A stretch of 27,019 bases of DNA from Promethearchaeota archaeon (GTDB lineage: Archaea > Asgardarchaeota > Lokiarchaeia > Sigyniarchaeales > SOKP01). The stretch is taken from contig JAEOTZ010000037.1 of NCBI GenBank assembly GCA_016839585.1, positions 1 through 27,019 on the forward strand, read 5' to 3'. The notes under the pieces are model-generated. The model did no database searches, was not told the DNA's origin, and saw only the letters and a program-made list of their open reading frames with translations. A program made the position numbers and the translations under genes. Below, one piece after another: positions 17,685 to 26,700 of the stretch; positions within the stretch are counted from its first letter, which is position 1, and the number at the start of each line of letters is the position of its first letter.

Positions 17685-18416
17685 TTAAGTCCATCTCTGT
17701 TTTAAATCCTCTATTATTTTTCTCCCGTAAAAGTTCAGTTGTTTTTTCCGTTCTTTAGTTAATCCTGTGTAATCATCACTATAAGTCAACATCTTTTCAA
17801 TTTCTTTAATAAGAGATTCATTACTCACATTATAACCATGTTTGACGCACAAATTCTTTAAGAGATCTCTGTATTCATAAGAATAATTAACCCTTTTATC
17901 AGGGTATAACTCATGTAATTTCTTTTCTATTTTCACTCGTTTCTCAGGATCACTGATACTCTTTAATACTAATCCAAAAGTTTTAGCACGATATTCCCAC
18001 TTTTTAGGTTTTACCTTATACAAAAATTTGCTTACATTGCCTTTAGCTTCTAATCCTGTATTAAAAGTATCTCTTGCTTTGGTAGGAGAGATTTTGACAG
18101 TTTCAATATCATTAGCTCTACAAAGGTTTTTAAAATCTTCTACTAATGGAAACGAGGCGTTATTAAAACTAATATGGAGCGTCTTATTATGTTTATGAAT
18201 ATGTATGGAACCATCAGTATCTACTAATCCCCTTAAACCCTCAATCTGGAACTGTCCATTTTGTTTAATCACCTGAGGTACTTCAACTTGGTTTTTCTTC
18301 TTATCTCCTGGCTTATGACCTTTGTCAATTAAGCTTTCAATAATATTTTTTGGATGAATTTTAAACTTAATAGCATCTGCTTTTTTTGGTTCATATATAC
18401 TAGGTCTCCTTCTCAT
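17685..18416 (-). CDS. LAGLIDADG-family (intein/DOD-type) homing endonuclease-like protein, probably N-terminally truncated
   Basis: VEVPQVI...GLRGLVDTDGSI...ISFNNASFPLVEDFKNL resembles the second motif of two-motif LAGLIDADG enzymes. No first motif and no intein splice residues are visible, and the start overlaps the upstream gene. Confidence 0.78.
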   Translation of the reverse strand: MRRRPSIYEPKKADAIKFKIHPKNIIESLIDKGHKPGDKKKNQVEVPQVIKQNGQFQIEGLRGLVDTDGSIHIHKHNKTLHISFNNASFPLVEDFKNLCRANDIETVKISPTKARDTFNTGLEAKGNVSKFLYKVKPKKWEYRAKTFGLVLKSISDPEKRVKIEKKLHELYPDKRVNYSYEYRDLLKNLCVKHGYNVSNESLIKEIEKMLTYSDDYTGLTKERKKQLNFYGRKIIEDLKQRWT

Positions 18417-19395
18417 TTTTTAAGACTTTGATTTGGTTTAAAGCATTTTCACTTATTTTCTGGTATCTACTATTCTTTAAGTTAATCGTTCCCTCATATC
18501 CCTTATATAAATCAATTTCTTTAATATCCGAATTTTCGATGGATGTATCTTGACAAGCACCAAATTTTAATACATTTATTGAAACGAAATTCATTTCTAT
18601 ATCTGAACAAAATTTTAAATTACATGATTTTGAGATGTTATAGCTTTCTAAAGTTATATGTTTCGTATCATATAACGCTATTTTCTTTAAATCGAGGTTT
18701 TTAAAGATAACGAAATGTCTATTATGATAAAAAGTTAAATCTTTTACTTTTGCTTTTTTGATATTGTGACTATCAATTATGATCGGATCACTTTTAGTTC
18801 CCATTCCTCTACACTCAATCTCCTTTAAAACATTTCCGTGGAATAAACTAAATGTAGAAATAGAAAATGATTCAGTTGGTTCCTTTAATGGTTTTTGAAT
18901 TTCTAAGATCTCGTCAATCCAAGGATGATCAATATTCTCAAGATAATTTCCCCTACTTAAATTATCTGAATCAAAAAATATATCCCAATAACAGTTTTTA
19001 AATGTGTTATTATAGCATTTGTATAGTTTAAATTCCGTATCGAATTTTGAATCTTTTAATAGACAGTTTCGACATACGATGAGATTTATAAAATTAATTT
19101 CAGAGCTGTCAATCGTTATATTAATACAATTATATAAAAATGAAGATCTGAAGATACAGTTTTTCATAGTAATATTTTTACAATACCCTAATACTAGAGA
19201 ATTAAGGCGACAATTTTCAATAATTATAAACCTTTCAGATTCCAATATTTCAAAATTATTAGGGATACTCGATGAAGAATCAATTATGAAAGGATCTTCC
19301 TTAATACCAGTTCCTCTGCATTCCACTTCAAATTCTTCAAATTTTAAAGGTTCTCCGCTATGTTTATACGTGCCTTTTCTTAATTTTATTTTCAT
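18400..19395 (-). CDS. Beta-helix/solenoid repeat protein with an internal domain duplication
   Basis: EVECRGTGIKEDPFIIDS and EIECRGMGTKSDPIIIDS each open a run of C-x-N-I-T-x-x-N-C repeats; related in motif to 15457-16356. Confidence 0.75.
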   Translation of the reverse strand: MKIKLRKGTYKHSGEPLKFEEFEVECRGTGIKEDPFIIDSSSSIPNNFEILESERFIIIENCRLNSLVLGYCKNITMKNCIFRSSFLYNCINITIDSSEINFINLIVCRNCLLKDSKFDTEFKLYKCYNNTFKNCYWDIFFDSDNLSRGNYLENIDHPWIDEILEIQKPLKEPTESFSISTFSLFHGNVLKEIECRGMGTKSDPIIIDSHNIKKAKVKDLTFYHNRHFVIFKNLDLKKIALYDTKHITLESYNISKSCNLKFCSDIEMNFVSINVLKFGACQDTSIENSDIKEIDLYKGYEGTINLKNSRYQKISENALNQIKVLKNEKET

Positions 19396-19525
19396 AATGA
19401 ATTCTTTTCTTTACACTTTTAATTTTCTTTAATTATAAGAATAGTATATACTCTGATTAATTATGACCTCTTCCTCTTAAAACAGCTCTAAATTCTATAT
19501 TAGTCATATATATCTTTGTAATCAT

Positions 19526-19749
19526 TCAATTCCAAATTACAGGTCCCGTCGTACGTCCTGGCTTAATAAATACATTTTTGACCTCTTTTAATACTCGAAG
19601 CCATCTACATTATTGACATCTCTGAATTGAGACTTTCTCTTTTAATTTATTCGATCTAACACAAGTTTTACCTTGACAAATTAAAAAACAAAAATGTCTT
19701 TCACTCATCTTCTCCATAAATAATAAATCAGCATTCCTTTTAATTTTTA
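19526..19749 (-). repeat. 224-bp repeat unit, copy B (Cys-rich ORF 19526-19717 with an internal TAA; pseudogene)
   Basis: Translates MEKMSERHFCFLICQGKTCVRSNKLKEKVSIQRCQ*CRWLRVLKEVKNVFIKPGRTTGPVIWN; GGA of copy A is TAA here. Confidence 0.9.
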
Positions 19750-19903
19750 ATTGATAATCGAAGATAGAAGCTGAACATTTAACGTTCGTTTATAACAAAC
19801 GCTAAAACCTCTAAAATAATTTTTAATAGGTTATTTAAATGTTTTGAAGGGAGCAATCAGATTTAAAAATAGTATTTCTCTTATATAGATTGAAAAAACT
19901 AAA

Positions 19904-20677
19904 ATGAATGACTTAAAAAAGAATTTTCCAGAGGATTTAAAAACTGTAGTTGAAGATTGGAAATCTGGGAATTACATTCCTAAAAAGATTCAAGATATTT
20001 ATGATATTTTTAAAAATGTTAATCATGGCAAAACTTTTTTCATTAAATATGCGGAACAACAACCTAAGGGAGATCTAAAGTTTGGACTGAGTTTATTAAC
20101 AATACCCCTATTTTTCACTGCTTGGGTATATATATACTGTTTTGTTATATATATAACAGTATCCTCATATTATCTATTTTTGATTGTTCTACCCTGGATA
20201 TGGGGTATTCCATGTCCTACCGCATTTTTTCGCCTTTTATGTAATAGAAGACAAGAAATAATGAAGAAACATGGATATATTACCATTAATCCCAGAGGTG
20301 TTTTATATCGTTATTCACATAAAAAATTCGGATATTTTACTTGGAGTTCAATTGTATCCATTAAGGAAGGTGAAAATATTAATTATAAACATTATGGTAA
20401 GTATATTCATTACCAGTTAAAACCTCAAAAACTTACGGCTGAAAAGCGAAAATATACTCATTTAATTCGGTATGACAACATTGATACCACAGAAATTGCT
20501 TCCATAAAATTTTTTTATGAATTAGTTAACCGCTATTGGAAAAAATATCGAGATTTCAGCCCACCAAACTCTAAAATCCCAACTCCTTATGTCAGTGATG
20601 ATCTTATGTTTATAATAATGATGATTGGATTTTCCTTTATTCCAATTGATTTTATTTTATTATTATTTCTTATATAA
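19904..20677 (+). CDS. Hypothetical membrane protein, TM hairpin + PH-like domain + C-terminal TM
   Basis: GYITINPRGVLYR...FTWSSIVSIK follows two TM helices. Confidence 0.72.
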   Translation: MNDLKKNFPEDLKTVVEDWKSGNYIPKKIQDIYDIFKNVNHGKTFFIKYAEQQPKGDLKFGLSLLTIPLFFTAWVYIYCFVIYITVSSYYLFLIVLPWIWGIPCPTAFFRLLCNRRQEIMKKHGYITINPRGVLYRYSHKKFGYFTWSSIVSIKEGENINYKHYGKYIHYQLKPQKLTAEKRKYTHLIRYDNIDTTEIASIKFFYELVNRYWKKYRDFSPPNSKIPTPYVSDDLMFIIMMIGFSFIPIDFILLLFLI

Positions 20678-20775
20678 AAAGAACAAAATGATATTACTAA
20701 AGATCGCTTTTCAAAAGTAAAGGTGTAGCTTAAGCGGAGCGAGAAGGTTTGAGATGAGAAGGGATGGAGTATGAG

Positions 20776-20809
20776 TTAGATTTTGAGCTAGATTAGATTT
20801 TGAGCTAGA
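20776..20809. repeat. 17-bp tandem repeat, two copies
   Basis: TTAGATTTTGAGCTAGA occurs twice, intergenic between convergent genes. Confidence 0.8.
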
Positions 20810-20897
20810 TTTTATTTAATTTTTTCTAACTAATAGAAAAAGGATCTATTCTTAATTTTTAAATATTCAACAAAACCGATAATAAAAATGTTGAAAG

Positions 20898-22460
20898 CTA
20901 TTTTTTTCTAAGGTATTTTCTGATTGTAATAACGAGAAACAGAGAAACAAACAAACCTATGCTAAAAAGTGAATATAATGAATACCCGAAAATAGCTTTA
21001 TCATCCCCATATATATGGACTTCTACCATAAGACAGTTTGAACTAAGACTATATTTTTCATTTTGTGCTAAGATAAGGTAATAATAAATCCCATTTGTTA
21101 GATTAGCTATTGAAAAACTTCTTGAGTACTTTACATCCAAAATGTTCACTGTGTTATTAATTTGTGTTATAGAGCTATTGTAAGTATAAATAGTGTAATT
21201 GTCTGCGTTTCCAGGATCTTCCCAAGTTAAAGTAAAATTTCCATCAATATCGGGAGTCCCTGCATCCGTTGTTAGATTAAACGGTGATAATTCGATATTA
21301 TTATATAGTAATGTTATTCTCCCATTTTCTCCTCCCAAAGCCAAATAAATTCCATCATAATTATATGCTGAAGTACTGATATCTTCTCCAAGATTATGAG
21401 ATCCTGCACTTGTTAAACGATCATCGGAAATTCTTTTTCTAATTTTCATATTATCAAAATCATTTAAATAAGCGATGTATCTTCCATTACCACTAACAGC
21501 AGAATTAAACCTGGAAGTACCCCACGTATAACTGTTTGTACTTATTGTAGATCCGTCAAAATTACATATTCGTACTCTTGTCGGTTCATATAAACCCCAT
21601 TGATTTGCAAACACGATTGTTTTCCCGTTCCTTGACATTTCCATTGCATAAATCACACCAAGACCATAGTATAAATAACCAATGGTTCTACTCCATATCG
21701 GTGTTGAATCGGCTCTATTAAACATATACCCATATTCTTTTCCTGCACCACAGATATAATTGCCGTCCATGGTTACTCTTGTATAAAGAATATCAAGACT
21801 TTGGTTAGACCAAAGTAGATCTCCCGTGCGATTTAATACACAGATTTGACCATCTAATCCAGTGCCATATCCTCCCGCTACAATTGTATTAGCATCATAG
21901 GAAATATCGACGCTTACAACTATACCTACGGCCTTATAACTCCACATAGGGCCAGTCAAGTCGAATAAATGAATGTATCCATCAGCAGTCCCTGCTACGA
22001 GATATTTATTATTTACAGAAAAATCTATAGCAGTTATACTATCTCCTATGTCATAATTCCATAATGGATTTGAAGTTGTTGTATTAAATAACAAAACTCT
22101 CCCATTATCACAACCCGCAACACAATACGTACCATTAGGAGAGATTGATACTGATATTACCGGACTTCCCGTATCCCTAGTCCAAATTGGCTCGGAACTT
22201 GTGTTATTAAATAAAATTGCTTTATTATCATAATTTCCAGCAAAAAGATAGAATCCATCATCAGAAAGTGCCAAGGATCTGATTTCATCAGCAGTGTCTT
22301 TTGTCCAAACAATTTCTTGAGTTGATATCTTTGGATAAGAATAAACCTCTATTTCTCCATAATTACTCTTTCTGTCATAAGAAAATGGTGTTTCGAAACA
22401 ACTAGAAAGCACCGATATTACAAAAACTAATAATATAAATGAAATTTTGATTCTTTTCAT
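20898..22460 (-). CDS. Secreted, membrane-anchored WD40/PQQ-like beta-propeller surface protein with a Loki-CTERM-like C-terminus
   Basis: N-terminal signal peptide; repeated blades (PIWT..VISVSISPNG.Y.VAG); FN3-like region (DGNFTLTW...NGIYYY); C-terminal IFGY + TM + RKYLRKK. Confidence 0.88.
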   Translation of the reverse strand: MKRIKISFILLVFVISVLSSCFETPFSYDRKSNYGEIEVYSYPKISTQEIVWTKDTADEIRSLALSDDGFYLFAGNYDNKAILFNNTSSEPIWTRDTGSPVISVSISPNGTYCVAGCDNGRVLLFNTTTSNPLWNYDIGDSITAIDFSVNNKYLVAGTADGYIHLFDLTGPMWSYKAVGIVVSVDISYDANTIVAGGYGTGLDGQICVLNRTGDLLWSNQSLDILYTRVTMDGNYICGAGKEYGYMFNRADSTPIWSRTIGYLYYGLGVIYAMEMSRNGKTIVFANQWGLYEPTRVRICNFDGSTISTNSYTWGTSRFNSAVSGNGRYIAYLNDFDNMKIRKRISDDRLTSAGSHNLGEDISTSAYNYDGIYLALGGENGRITLLYNNIELSPFNLTTDAGTPDIDGNFTLTWEDPGNADNYTIYTYNSSITQINNTVNILDVKYSRSFSIANLTNGIYYYLILAQNEKYSLSSNCLMVEVHIYGDDKAIFGYSLYSLFSIGLFVSLFLVITIRKYLRKK

Positions 22461-22600
22461 AATGAATTCTCACTGCTTTTGTATTTATTTGAAGATTCTT
22501 GTGTTATATTTATCATTATTATATCTACCTTTATAAAAACATCGCTACATCACTTTATTAAAACAAGTGAAGGTTACGTAATAATCAAACAAACAAGTTT

Positions 22601-22864
22601 TTATGCGATATTTCTGGGGTTTTTAACGGATATTCTACCTTTCTTTTTAATATATTCAATATTTCTAGCATAAATTTTTTCATGGTTTTCAATACGCTTT
22701 GCATTAACTAATAGATTGATTCCCATAATTAAAAAAATAAAAAAGAGTATTACATTTCCAAATCGGAAGATATTGTAACAACCGCCATTAAATCCTTGTA
22801 AGAAGTTGATGAAAAATTCTTGAAAATCTTCTAACGGATTAGGAATTTGAAATAATGGCATCAT
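22601..22864 (-). CDS. Small membrane protein, possibly C-terminally truncated
   Basis: 87-aa ORF with one TM helix. Confidence 0.45.
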   Translation of the reverse strand: MMPLFQIPNPLEDFQEFFINFLQGFNGGCYNIFRFGNVILFFIFLIMGINLLVNAKRIENHEKIYARNIEYIKKKGRISVKNPRNIA

Positions 22865-23043
22865 AAAATGATTTTAGCAAAACTATAAAAAATCATAGAA
22901 AATTTAGCTTTAAATTTGTAATAATTCTTATAAAATGAGTTACATTTCCTTCTTCTGACATCATTTTTAATGAATTCACTGAATTCCTCGTTATCTTCAT
23001 CAATAAATTCCCAAAATTCTTCATACATATCTTTTAAAGTCAT
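22861..23043 (-). pseudogene. Orphan 3' fragment duplicated from the gene at 26006-26524
   Basis: MTLKDMYEEFWEFIDEDNEEFSEFIKNDVRRRK versus MTLKELYEEFWEFIDDDNEEFSEFIKGDVRRRK. DNA 22937-23044 versus 26016-26123 shows 8 mismatches in 108 bp. Confidence 0.85.
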
Positions 23044-23112
23044 TATTACTATCCTTGCTGTTTTTCCTTTTTATCAGCTGATAAACCTATATATTTTGGT
23101 TTCTTTAAATAG

Positions 23113-23790
23113 ATGAGAGTCAGAAACCATCAGAATTTAACAATCACTAAATTTTTTAAATCATTGAAGCATATATTCTCCACAATAACGATTCCAAATT
23201 TAAATTATAGTATTTTGGTGATTGATATTTTTAATTTATTAAAATGTGTTAGATGCGGTTCTGAAAATGTATTTGACAAACAATTTCATCTGAAATTAGA
23301 AGATAGCATAATGGTGCCTGTAGCAAGGGGTGTACGTATTACGGGAAAAAGATTACATATAGATCTTTCAGTTTGTAAGAATTGTTATGATGGATTTCAC
23401 AAGGCGAACAATCTAATGCAATTAAGTATGGCACTTTCCGTATTAGGAATGTGTCTGATTATACCAGGATTATTTTTTCTTTTTGGAAAAAATCCAATAT
23501 CTATTCTATTTTTCATTCCATTACCTACAGGTATTATATTAAGAATAAAAAACCGATTTAGTGAATTTTTTCCAGGAAAATTCTTCTCTTTTAAATATAG
23601 CATATTCCGTTTGAAACCGTTAACTGCTCCAGACTGGATTCGCTATGAAGATTGGGTTATCTCTGTGTTACAAGAAAAAGGTCATATAGAAATACTTGAG
23701 AAAGAAGAAGAAAAGGAGGATTGTCCTAATTGTAATTTAGCTCGTAAGATTAACCAATCAAAATGCCCTTGGTGTGGTAAAAACTTATAA
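23113..23790 (+). CDS. Zinc-ribbon membrane protein; true start probably further downstream
   Basis: CVRCG...VCKNC, two TM, and C-terminal CPNC...CPWCG. Confidence 0.75.
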   Translation: MRVRNHQNLTITKFFKSLKHIFSTITIPNLNYSILVIDIFNLLKCVRCGSENVFDKQFHLKLEDSIMVPVARGVRITGKRLHIDLSVCKNCYDGFHKANNLMQLSMALSVLGMCLIIPGLFFLFGKNPISILFFIPLPTGIILRIKNRFSEFFPGKFFSFKYSIFRLKPLTAPDWIRYEDWVISVLQEKGHIEILEKEEEKEDCPNCNLARKINQSKCPWCGKNL

Positions 23791-23811
23791 AGTATTAGAT
23801 ACTAATTAGAT

Positions 23812-24591
23812 ATGTTTAATAAAAATAATTCAGGGATATATATGGATAATTCCAATACTCGTAATCCTCTTGAAGAATTGTCTAAATATGAAAAAGAGTT
23901 AGACATTGCTAAAAATTCAGATAATATATCAGAAATTTTTCATTGTTTATTAAATCTAGGAAATCTTTGTAATGAAATTGAAGCAGATGAGTTAGGTTTT
24001 AAATATGTTCAAGGAGCAATAGAGCTTAGTAAAAAACATTCTGATTTTCCACATCTTTATGAGTTTTACAATTTATTAGGGGATTTCAATTTTAAACAAG
24101 GTTTGTTAAAAGAGGCACACGACGCATATAAAAGATCTAAAAAAATGTTACCCAAAAAAGAGAATTTAAAACTACGTGCAGAAATTAATTTTAAATTGGG
24201 TAGAATGAGTGAAATTTCAAATAATAAAAATATAGTTATAGGACACTACAGAAATGCAAAAAAAATATATGAAAAATTAGGATTACATGCAGAAGTAGCT
24301 AAATGCTTAAATAGATTGGGGTTGATTTATTTTAAAAAATTACCTCATGAAGATGAAATAAGAGATAAATATACAGGCACAGTAATGGATACTGCTTCAT
24401 TGATAATAGATACTGCTTCATTTATAAAAAATAAAGCAGATGTTGCTATGGCAAAGAAATATTTTGAAAATGCGATTATGATCTTAGAGCAAAATAATTT
24501 AACAGAAGTAGAGAGTGAATTATACAAGTCAATCAAAGTCTATTTGAACGCAAAAGCTTTTAAGAAAAAAAAAGAAAGCAGAAGCTTTTAA
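23812..24591 (+). CDS. Tetratricopeptide-repeat protein
   Basis: Repeated helical motifs LLNLGNL, YNLLGDFNFKQG...A..AY, CLNRLGLIY and AKKYFENAI. Confidence 0.8.
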   Translation: MFNKNNSGIYMDNSNTRNPLEELSKYEKELDIAKNSDNISEIFHCLLNLGNLCNEIEADELGFKYVQGAIELSKKHSDFPHLYEFYNLLGDFNFKQGLLKEAHDAYKRSKKMLPKKENLKLRAEINFKLGRMSEISNNKNIVIGHYRNAKKIYEKLGLHAEVAKCLNRLGLIYFKKLPHEDEIRDKYTGTVMDTASLIIDTASFIKNKADVAMAKKYFENAIMILEQNNLTEVESELYKSIKVYLNAKAFKKKKESRSF

Positions 24592-24633
24592 GAGTATTGA
24601 TGTATATTGCAACTCAATGCTTTTTCTTCTCAA

Positions 24634-25089
24634 TTAATTTTTACTTTTTTTCTCTAAATTTTCTCCACATTGGGAGCAAATATTGTATCCAGGTGACAAT
24701 TTTGCTCCACATTTAGGGCATATATCTTTTTTCCTCTTACTTTTAAATCTTATTCTCCCACCGCTTGAAAGTCCAGCAACTAAAAGTGTTATATTACTTA
24801 AAATCCATGAAATCAGTATGCTATTATCATATAGATTATTCAATGATAAATTGTAGTAAAAAGAAAATAAAGCTATAGGGAGGATGCCTACACCTGCAAA
24901 AATGAAAAAAACTAATGCTTGATCTATATTATCGTTATAATTACAAATAATTCCTGCAATTATTAAACCAATTGCAACAAATCCTAAGAGAAGGTCTTCC
25001 GTGCTCTTTTTATCTATTAATTGTAAAATGACTGAAAAACTAAGAAATAAGAGACTTACAATGGCCAAATACATTGATTTCTTTAACAT
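24634..25089 (-). CDS. Membrane protein (4 TM) with a C-terminal double zinc ribbon
   Basis: CPKCGAKLSPGYNICSQCGENL follows the hydrophobic helices. Confidence 0.78.
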   Translation of the reverse strand: MLKKSMYLAIVSLLFLSFSVILQLIDKKSTEDLLLGFVAIGLIIAGIICNYNDNIDQALVFFIFAGVGILPIALFSFYYNLSLNNLYDNSILISWILSNITLLVAGLSSGGRIRFKSKRKKDICPKCGAKLSPGYNICSQCGENLEKKSKN

Positions 25090-25243
25090 TTTATCGACTT
25101 AAATTCTATTGGTTTCATTTTATTAAGAACTATATTAATTACTATGCTTAGTCCATATTTAAATATACTAGGTTATTAATACCTATAGCAAGGACATAGT
25201 TTTTCAAAGAATTTTTCTTTCCCTTCCAGATATCAATAGATAA

Positions 25244-25906
25244 TTACATTAATTCCATTTTGAAGTTATATTTTAATTTTTTTAATCCATTCAGTAAGAG
25301 ATTTAAATTGCTTTTTAGATTATTTTCCTTTATCAATTCAGCTTTAACCAATAAAAGTTTAAGATAATTAGTATTATGAGACGATTGAGTCATAATTGAA
25401 TTTATAAGGCTTATACAATGTTTAATTATAATATCTTCAGAGAGGTCAATATCAGTTTTAGAGCCCTTATTAAAAAAGTCTTCAATGTTAGAGAAATCTT
25501 GCATATTGATTTCCCGATTAGAAGTAATATTAACCATCATTTCTTTAATTTGGTTGCCAATTTTTTTCATTTTATCTAAGAAAATTACATTTCCCTCATT
25601 TCTAAGTATTAAGATTATAAAACCAATATTTTCTACTTCAGACAATATATAGATATAATCATGATTTTGTATAACTGTAGTATTATAGGAACCATTTGAT
25701 ATTTCTGCATTAAATTGTTCTAAAGCAAAAAGTAAAGAACTTCCAGTTGGTCCTATAATTTCAGGAGCAATTTTTAAATCGGTATTAGAACAATTTGATA
25801 TAGGTAGACCATCATTATTAAAGATAAATGAAGAAATAAACGCGTCCCCAAAAATGGTCTTCACTCCTTTTAGAAGATTATCTAAATTATCTTGAATATT
25901 ACTCAT
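25244..25906 (-). CDS. Roadblock/LC7-like domain protein
   Basis: SSFIFNNDGLPIS, then a helix (IIGPTGSSLL..LEQFNAEI) and beta strands (TTVIQ..YIYIL..FIILIL), typical of the roadblock fold. Confidence 0.65.
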   Translation of the reverse strand: MSNIQDNLDNLLKGVKTIFGDAFISSFIFNNDGLPISNCSNTDLKIAPEIIGPTGSSLLFALEQFNAEISNGSYNTTVIQNHDYIYILSEVENIGFIILILRNEGNVIFLDKMKKIGNQIKEMMVNITSNREINMQDFSNIEDFFNKGSKTDIDLSEDIIIKHCISLINSIMTQSSHNTNYLKLLLVKAELIKENNLKSNLNLLLNGLKKLKYNFKMELM

Positions 25907-26005
25907 TTAACTAACACAAGATTTTACACTTTTAATTATATATTTCAATTTGATTTTTTAAAGTACTTTCTTTTAAGACAAAGGATCTTAAATTGCCATA
26001 AAATT

Positions 26006-26524
26006 TTAACAAAAAGAGTTATATTTCCTTCTTCTGACATCACCTTTAATGAATTCACTGAATTCCTCGTTATCATCATCGATAAATTCCCAAAATTCTT
26101 CATACAATTCCTTTAAAGTCATTTCTTTCTTTTCTTGATTATTGTTATTTTGAATTTTCGATTCTCTTGGTTTATATTCAAGGTAATTTCCCTCCATGAT
26201 TAGATTTTCAAAAAGATCATCGTCTGAATCATTAAAATCTTTAAATTCACTATTTTGATTTTCAACTTTGTTATTTTCAAATTCAAAATCTACTTTTTGG
26301 TACCCTCGTACGTTAAGATTTTTATCAACAAATGCTTGAAATTGGTGTTGGCAAACCAATCCTTTTGCTATTGACATTGTAGTTAGCTGTTTTGCTTGAT
26401 TGATGACTGATTTAGGAACCTTTAACACTTTCTTGGACTTACAGGCGGGGCAAATAAATTGGATCTTTATATATTCATGTAAATTAGCTATATTGACATT
26501 ACTTCTATTTTTTGTAATAGCCAT
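26006..26524 (-). CDS. Hypothetical Zn-binding protein (CxxC...CxH; FVDKN..VRGYQ motif)
   Basis: FICPACK...GLVCQHQFQAFVDKNLNVRGYQKVDF with an acidic/aromatic C-terminal motif. Confidence 0.78.
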   Translation of the reverse strand: MAITKNRSNVNIANLHEYIKIQFICPACKSKKVLKVPKSVINQAKQLTTMSIAKGLVCQHQFQAFVDKNLNVRGYQKVDFEFENNKVENQNSEFKDFNDSDDDLFENLIMEGNYLEYKPRESKIQNNNNQEKKEMTLKELYEEFWEFIDDDNEEFSEFIKGDVRRRKYNSFC

Positions 26525-26700
26525 ATCACTCTCTTTAAACTATTTCAAATTATAAATAAAAAGTCCAATATTCTTCTTGGAGAAATTGAATTTATATAAA
26601 TTTAGATCTAATAGGTTTAAATAAGAACTTTACTTAAATGTAAATTATACAGTTATATAATTTGGTATAATTGTAAAATTTTAAAAATTGGGTGAAATAT

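Noticed and set aside
17685-18416. Intein
   Set aside because: No host extein, no N-terminal C/S splice block and no C-terminal HN motif are present.
14534-19749. Repeat copies A and B as the template/variable repeat pair of a diversity-generating retroelement
   Set aside because: Mismatches involve all bases rather than only adenines of one copy on either strand, and no reverse transcriptase gene is present in the window.
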